From positions 5,520,001-5,552,000 of the forward strand of contig NC_008312.1 of assembly GCF_000014265.1 (NCBI RefSeq): a stretch of 32,000 nt of DNA. Reading direction: 5' to 3'. This DNA comes from Trichodesmium erythraeum IMS101. GTDB lineage: Bacteria > Cyanobacteriota > Cyanobacteriia > Cyanobacteriales > Microcoleaceae. The notes beneath the pieces were generated by a model. It ran no database searches. It had not been told where the DNA came from and saw only the letters and a list, made by a program, of their open reading frames with translations. The position numbers and the translations under genes were made by a program. Below, one piece after another: positions 27,340-32,000 of the stretch (positions are counted from its first letter, which is position 1; each line of letters begins with the position of its first letter).

Positions 27340-28521
27340 TTAACTTACCTGTCTTAACCTCCGTTCATCATAGACCATACTCAAATTATGAGAAATTATT
27401 TCCCAATAGACAGGATAACTTTCTTGAGTATAAACCTCTTGGGCTCTAACAAAACAAGCGATCGCCTGCTTGAGATTATTTTGTTTATCTCCCATCATCC
27501 GATCTAGATAAACATTTCCCAGATTATTTTGAGTAGTTGCCCAGTCTAGGGGAAACTGTTCCTTAGTCCGTACTTTAAGAGCAAAAATATAACAAGCGAT
27601 CGCCACTTCAATATTTTCCTTTTTTTCTCCAGCAATACGTTCATGGTAAGCACTACCCAGATTATTTTGAGTAGTTGCCCATTCTTGAGGCAACTTCTCT
27701 AAACGCCTCACAGTTAAAGCTTTCTGATAACAACTAATAGCATTTTCCAAATTTTCCTTTCTTCTTCCGGCAATACGTTGTTGATAAGCATTCCCCAAAT
27801 TATTTTGAGTAGTTGCCCATGTTTCAGGCAACGCAGAATTAGTTCTAACTTCAAGAGCTTTATCATAACAAGCGATCGCTACTTCTATATTTTCTTCTAA
27901 GTTTCCAATAGTACGTTTTTGGTAGCTACTACCTAAATTATTGTGAATAGTTCCCCAAATTTCTGGAAATTCTTGACAGCTTAAAACTTTTAAAGCCACT
28001 TCATAACCTGCTATTGCTATTTCTACATTATTACTTTGATTTCCCAAAGGAAATTGTAGAATTAGGTTACTAAAACTAATAATATCTAGAGCGATATTTT
28101 GCGCTAATTTTTGCTCCATTTTTGGCAAATTTTCACCAGCCCAAGTTTGTATAACTTTGAGAAAATTTTTATTAAGTAGATCCTGATTATATTCTAATAA
28201 TGAATAAATATTTTCTAGTTTTACATCATTATCAGATATTATTTGTAATACCTGCATCAAGAAAATTATATATTTTTTTTCATCTACAGATAGGGAAATA
28301 TTTTTTAAATTTATCTCTAATATTGCTGCCAAATTTTCCAACCATTGAGCATGCAAACCATCTATTTTTCTATTAAACTTTGCTATTTTTTTCATGACTT
28401 GAACTAATCCCAAATCTAGTAAATCTTGATTAGCTTGTAAGATTTTATTTTCATTACCAGAAGGTGAAACTAATAAGGACTGAACTAGACCGATGTAACT
28501 AGAAATTTGTGGTTGATGCAT
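27340..28521 (-). CDS. Tetratricopeptide-repeat protein of the type usually found N-terminal to CHAT domains in cyanobacteria; no CHAT domain here
   Basis: About five repeats of W(A/G)TTQNNLG.AY..R..G....N.E.AI.CY..AL.VRT. GAGG lies 8 nt upstream of the ATG (28530-28533, minus strand). Confidence 0.8.
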   Translation of the reverse strand: MHQPQISSYIGLVQSLLVSPSGNENKILQANQDLLDLGLVQVMKKIAKFNRKIDGLHAQWLENLAAILEINLKNISLSVDEKKYIIFLMQVLQIISDNDVKLENIYSLLEYNQDLLNKNFLKVIQTWAGENLPKMEQKLAQNIALDIISFSNLILQFPLGNQSNNVEIAIAGYEVALKVLSCQEFPEIWGTIHNNLGSSYQKRTIGNLEENIEVAIACYDKALEVRTNSALPETWATTQNNLGNAYQQRIAGRRKENLENAISCYQKALTVRRLEKLPQEWATTQNNLGSAYHERIAGEKKENIEVAIACYIFALKVRTKEQFPLDWATTQNNLGNVYLDRMMGDKQNNLKQAIACFVRAQEVYTQESYPVYWEIISHNLSMVYDERRLRQVS

Positions 28522-29022
28522 ATTTTTTACCTCAGAGTTTTGTTTGCTAGACTCCGCTATCTATTTCTCATAGTAATTCCTAAAAATAATGTAATACCTT
28601 GCTCAAGACTTAAGTAATTAAGTAATAAATAAATAAGTAAAGTTCAGCAATATTTTTAACTATTCTAGGGAAAAAATCTAATTACTCTTATTTCCAAGAA
28701 GTCTAATTTACTACTAAACTTGTATGGAATGCCCTTACTTACTCTCAAGAAGATTTAGCAATAATTTTGATATTTGCTATGAGGTAGATATTTTTTATTT
28801 ATTTACAATTGATGGTTACCTTGATAAAAAAACTTTTAAAGAAAAATTTATAGTTAGTAAAAATATTAGATGGTAAGTTTGTATAATTTCAGAGTTAATT
28901 AATACAGTAATTTACTGTTAACTCTTGTAATATAACCGATTTAATTCCCTTCTTCTTTCAGACCAAAACAGGCTTTTTTTTATAATATTGATAAATTTAC
29001 TATTTACTATCAAATACTTTTA

Positions 29023-29973
29023 TAGTCGTTTTAATTAAAATTGAAACAAAAATTGAGTATAATAAAATCAAGTCAACTAGAAACTATTTTGAACTATTCC
29101 TTACAGTTTAGACTTCAGATAAAAAGTAATAAATTGTGTATAAAATGGCGGTACAATTACCAAAGTAGCTCATACATTTGGGATAGGAATAGCTTCAATA
29201 TATAGATAGTTATCTCGCCCAAAATTGTCAGCAACTAAGGTAACAATTAGTCAAAGAAAATTAGATTAGAAAGAATTAGAAAAAGATGTAAAATCAAATC
29301 CAGAGTCGCTCATTGTCAGACAGAGCTAAAAAATTTGGAGTTAATCAAGCAGCTATATTTTATGTTTTAAAAATAATGAATTTTCCTTAAAAAAAAACAA
29401 CTTTGTTATAGAGAAAGAAATAGAGAATAAAGGATAAAATATTATCAGCTTTCCCTCGAAATTTTATCAAAAGATTGGGAAGTAAAAGCCTTGTATTTAT
29501 TTATGAATCAGGATTTGAAGATAATCAAGACTGTATTTATGCCTAGTCAAAAAAAGGGAAAAAAGTTTATGGTTAGCAAGAGGGAAAACGAGGTAAAAGA
29601 GAAAATTTAGTAGCCGGGAGAAGAAAAAAGGAAAAAGATTTAATAGCACCAATTATATTTAAAGGAACCCTAAATACAGTGGAATTTTAATAATGATATG
29701 ATCAACATTTATTACCATCATTAAAAATTTCCAGTGTACTGCTGCATGGATAATTCACCATTAATTACGAAAAAACTTTATTAGATAATTAGTAGAAGCA
29801 GGGGGTCACCAATTAATATTTTTGCCAAAATACTCTCCTGATTTAAATGGCTAAGAACATGATTTTAGTGCATTAAAAAGAGCTAGAATGTATTCACCTA
29901 TCAATACATCTATTGATAAAATTATTCGTAATTATTGTGCCAGATAGTGTCTCATTCTTATTTAAAGTAACTA
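29023..29973 (+). mobile_element. IS630/Tc1-like element type 3, copy 2, degenerate
   Basis: TA on both flanks (29021-29022, 29974-29975). Collinear with the inverted copy at 4935-5954 but lacking the 74-bp duplication. Multiple stops. Confidence 0.8.
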
Positions 29974-30180
29974 TAACTTATGTCAACTATCTCTAAGCCT
30001 ATTTAGGCTCATTAAGTATTGTATATATCTAAAATTAATATTTATATAAACTTCATGGAGTATTAGTACATCTAGGTAAAGCTTTTTTGCTTAAATTATA
30101 AAATTTTATAAAAGTTACTAGAGTAGGAAGTGGAGGAAGCAAAACTAACAGGTAAAGTCAAAAAAAGTCTGTGAAAGTAA

Positions 30181-30243
30181 AAGAGTCAAAAGTCAAGAGT
30201 TAAAAGTTAAGAGCCAAGAGCCAAGAGTCAATAATCAAGAGTT
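30181..30243. repeat. STRR-like heptanucleotide tandem repeat, nine units of AAGAGTC-like sequence
   Basis: AAGAGTC AAAAGTC AAGAGTT AAAAGTT AAGAGCC AAGAGCC AAGAGTC AATAATC AAGAGTT. Confidence 0.8.
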
Positions 30244-30522
30244 AATTTTGTCTTTAAATACCAAATAGTGATAATCTATTTCAAAATTATAATCTTTGAA
30301 TTGCTAAGTAAGTATTTCGTCGTCAGTTATGAGTTATTAACTCATTATCACACCGAAAAAGGAATTAGTCTCCAAAGAGAATTAAAATCCATAAATAAAT
30401 ATGAATAAATATGAATAAATATAAAGTAAAAAGTCACCAACTAAATTCTTGACAAAACTGAATACTTAAATTTTTAGATTCTATTAAGTTTCTTGAAGTA
30501 AACACTGCAAAATATCTATCCA

Positions 30523-31482
30523 ATGACAAAACTAATTATTCAAATACCTTGCTACAACGAAGAAGAATGTTTAGGAGTAACTCTAACTGCTTTACCTCGA
30601 GAAATACCAGGAATAGACATCATTGAATGGCTAATAATTAACGATGGTAGTCAAGATCGAACAGTTGAAATTGCTAAAGAGTATAAAGTAGATCATATTA
30701 TTAGTTTTCCCAGAAACCAAGGTTTAGCCAAAGCATTTATGGCAGGTTTAGAAGCTAGTTTAAAAGCAGGAGCAGATATTATCATTAATACTGATGCAGA
30801 TAATCAATATTGTGCCGATGATATTCCTTATTTAATTCAACCTATTATTTTGCGCCAAGCAGAAATTGTAGTAGGTCAAAGACCAATCTGGGAAACTAAG
30901 CACTTTTCTTATACTAAAAAATTACTGCAACAATTAGGGAGTTGGGTAGTCAGAATAGCGAGCAATACAAATATTCCAGATGCACCCAGTGGTTTTCGAG
31001 CTTTTAGTCGTGAAGCCGCCATGCAACTTAATGTATTTAACTCCTATACTTATACTCTAGAAACAATTATTCAAGCAGGGCAAAAAGGTATAACAATAAC
31101 GTCAATTCCTATCAGAACAAATAGTGTATTAAGACCTTCCAGACTAGTTAGAAGTACCCCTTCTTATGTATTGCGTTCTCTATTTACTATACTGAGAATT
31201 TTCTTACTTTACAAACCCCTACGTTTTTTCCTGATGTTAGGAAGTTTACCCTTGAGTTTGGGAGTAATTTCTGGTATTCGTTGGTTATTTTTCTTTTTTA
31301 GTGGATATGAAAAAACCAGAGTACCTACTTTGATTTTAGCAACAATATTAGTCTTGGTTGGATTTCAGTTATGGATATTAGGTTTAATCGCAGATTTAAT
31401 GGCAGCTAATCGTATAATTATGGAAGAAATTCAAGTGCGAATGCGCAGGCAAGATTGTAATAATAATAATTACAAAAAGTAA
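30523..31482 (+). CDS. Family 2 glycosyltransferase with C-terminal transmembrane helices (GtrB/ArnC/DPM1-like polyprenyl-phosphate glycosyltransferase type)
   Basis: IQIPCYNEE, INDGSQDRT, NTDADNQY (DXD) and PSGFRAF motifs, with two hydrophobic helices near the C-terminus. Confidence 0.8.
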   Translation: MTKLIIQIPCYNEEECLGVTLTALPREIPGIDIIEWLIINDGSQDRTVEIAKEYKVDHIISFPRNQGLAKAFMAGLEASLKAGADIIINTDADNQYCADDIPYLIQPIILRQAEIVVGQRPIWETKHFSYTKKLLQQLGSWVVRIASNTNIPDAPSGFRAFSREAAMQLNVFNSYTYTLETIIQAGQKGITITSIPIRTNSVLRPSRLVRSTPSYVLRSLFTILRIFLLYKPLRFFLMLGSLPLSLGVISGIRWLFFFFSGYEKTRVPTLILATILVLVGFQLWILGLIADLMAANRIIMEEIQVRMRRQDCNNNNYKK

Positions 31483-31903
31483 CAGAATTTAGGTTTATAA
31501 TCTTGCTCCTAACTTTTTGAATTCGTTTTATGGATAAACTCTAATAACTTCTTAATGTTAATAGTAATTAAATACTTTATAGGATTCTGTAGGTAATTTT
31601 TTTACAGTAAATATGAGAATGAATAATTCAATAGTTATCTATCAATATTTAGAGTAATTTTAATTATTAACTTTATAAGAACTGATTTGTAAACTTAGCT
31701 GAGAGTATTAATATTATCTAGCTTTTAGTAATTTGGGGTTGACTGGAAAAACTTGCAAAACCTCAGCATAAGTAGGTAGGCATTAAAACTTGTTGCTATA
31801 CAACAAAATGTAAATTTACTCTCAAATACACTGTCCAGAAGAGCTTGTAGTTACTTGAAAAAATTTCACATAGTTAAGGGATTTCTTTGCCTACTTAACT
31901 TAA

Positions 31904-32000
31904 CGGGACTTTAGTGAAAAAATAGTAAAAAAAAGGGTATAATGTATACCTGATATGTATTTTACGTTAATTACTGGCCTGGGAAAAGTTTGATGAAAGA
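31904..32000 (+). mobile_element. IS701-like element, copy 3; first 97 bp only, runs off the window
   Basis: Identical to the reverse complement of 2829-2925. Preceded by TTAA. Contains GGGTATAAT, a likely transposase promoter -10. Confidence 0.85.

Noticed and set aside
1-32000. Frameshifts as sequencing or assembly errors
   Set aside because: Long host ORFs (1058, 393, 345, 322 and 319 aa) are intact in the same window. Disruptions are confined to IS-derived sequence and include substitutions to stop codons as well as indels. Raw reads would still be needed to exclude this for the identical IS701 copies.
1-32000. tRNA, rRNA, CRISPR array, retron/DGR or toxin-antitoxin modules
   Set aside because: I could recognise no cloverleaf-like or rRNA-like sequence, no periodic repeat-spacer structure, no reverse-transcriptase motif, and no paired small ORFs outside IS debris.

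Overview
This is visibly AT-rich DNA with about a dozen HIP1 octamers (GCGATCGC), so it is cyanobacterial. A Trichodesmium-like filamentous marine cyanobacterium is my guess, but I cannot verify that here.

By hand mapping, roughly two thirds of the 32 kb is insertion-sequence debris. I count about 18 IS copies or relics from at least 8 lineages:
- eight to nine IS5-superfamily/Harbinger-like copies, with AGACATCTCC...GGAGATGTCT ends and 3-bp AAT/ATT duplications
- three IS701-like copies
- five kinds of IS630/Tc1-like elements with TA duplications
- one IS4-like element
- one IS5/IS427-like element

Many of these are nested inside one another and carry frameshifts, in-frame stops and internal tandem duplications. 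Only one transposase (26017-27054) looks intact.

Five apparently intact host genes survive as islands:
- an HTH gene (8884-9381) abutting a PlsY-like::PEP-utilising (rifampin-phosphotransferase-like) fusion gene (9383-12559)
- a cNMP-binding::methylglyoxal-synthase fusion (22528-23496), boxed in by two IS elements
- a TPR protein (27340-28521, minus strand)
- a GT2 glycosyltransferase (30523-31482)

A cytochrome P450 relic split by an IS630 insertion can be reconstructed at 4736-6198. I saw no rRNA, tRNA or CRISPR array.

I do not see a clear-cut novel multi-gene system. The two domain fusions are the best candidates for new biology. All functional calls are motif reading by eye, without database searches.
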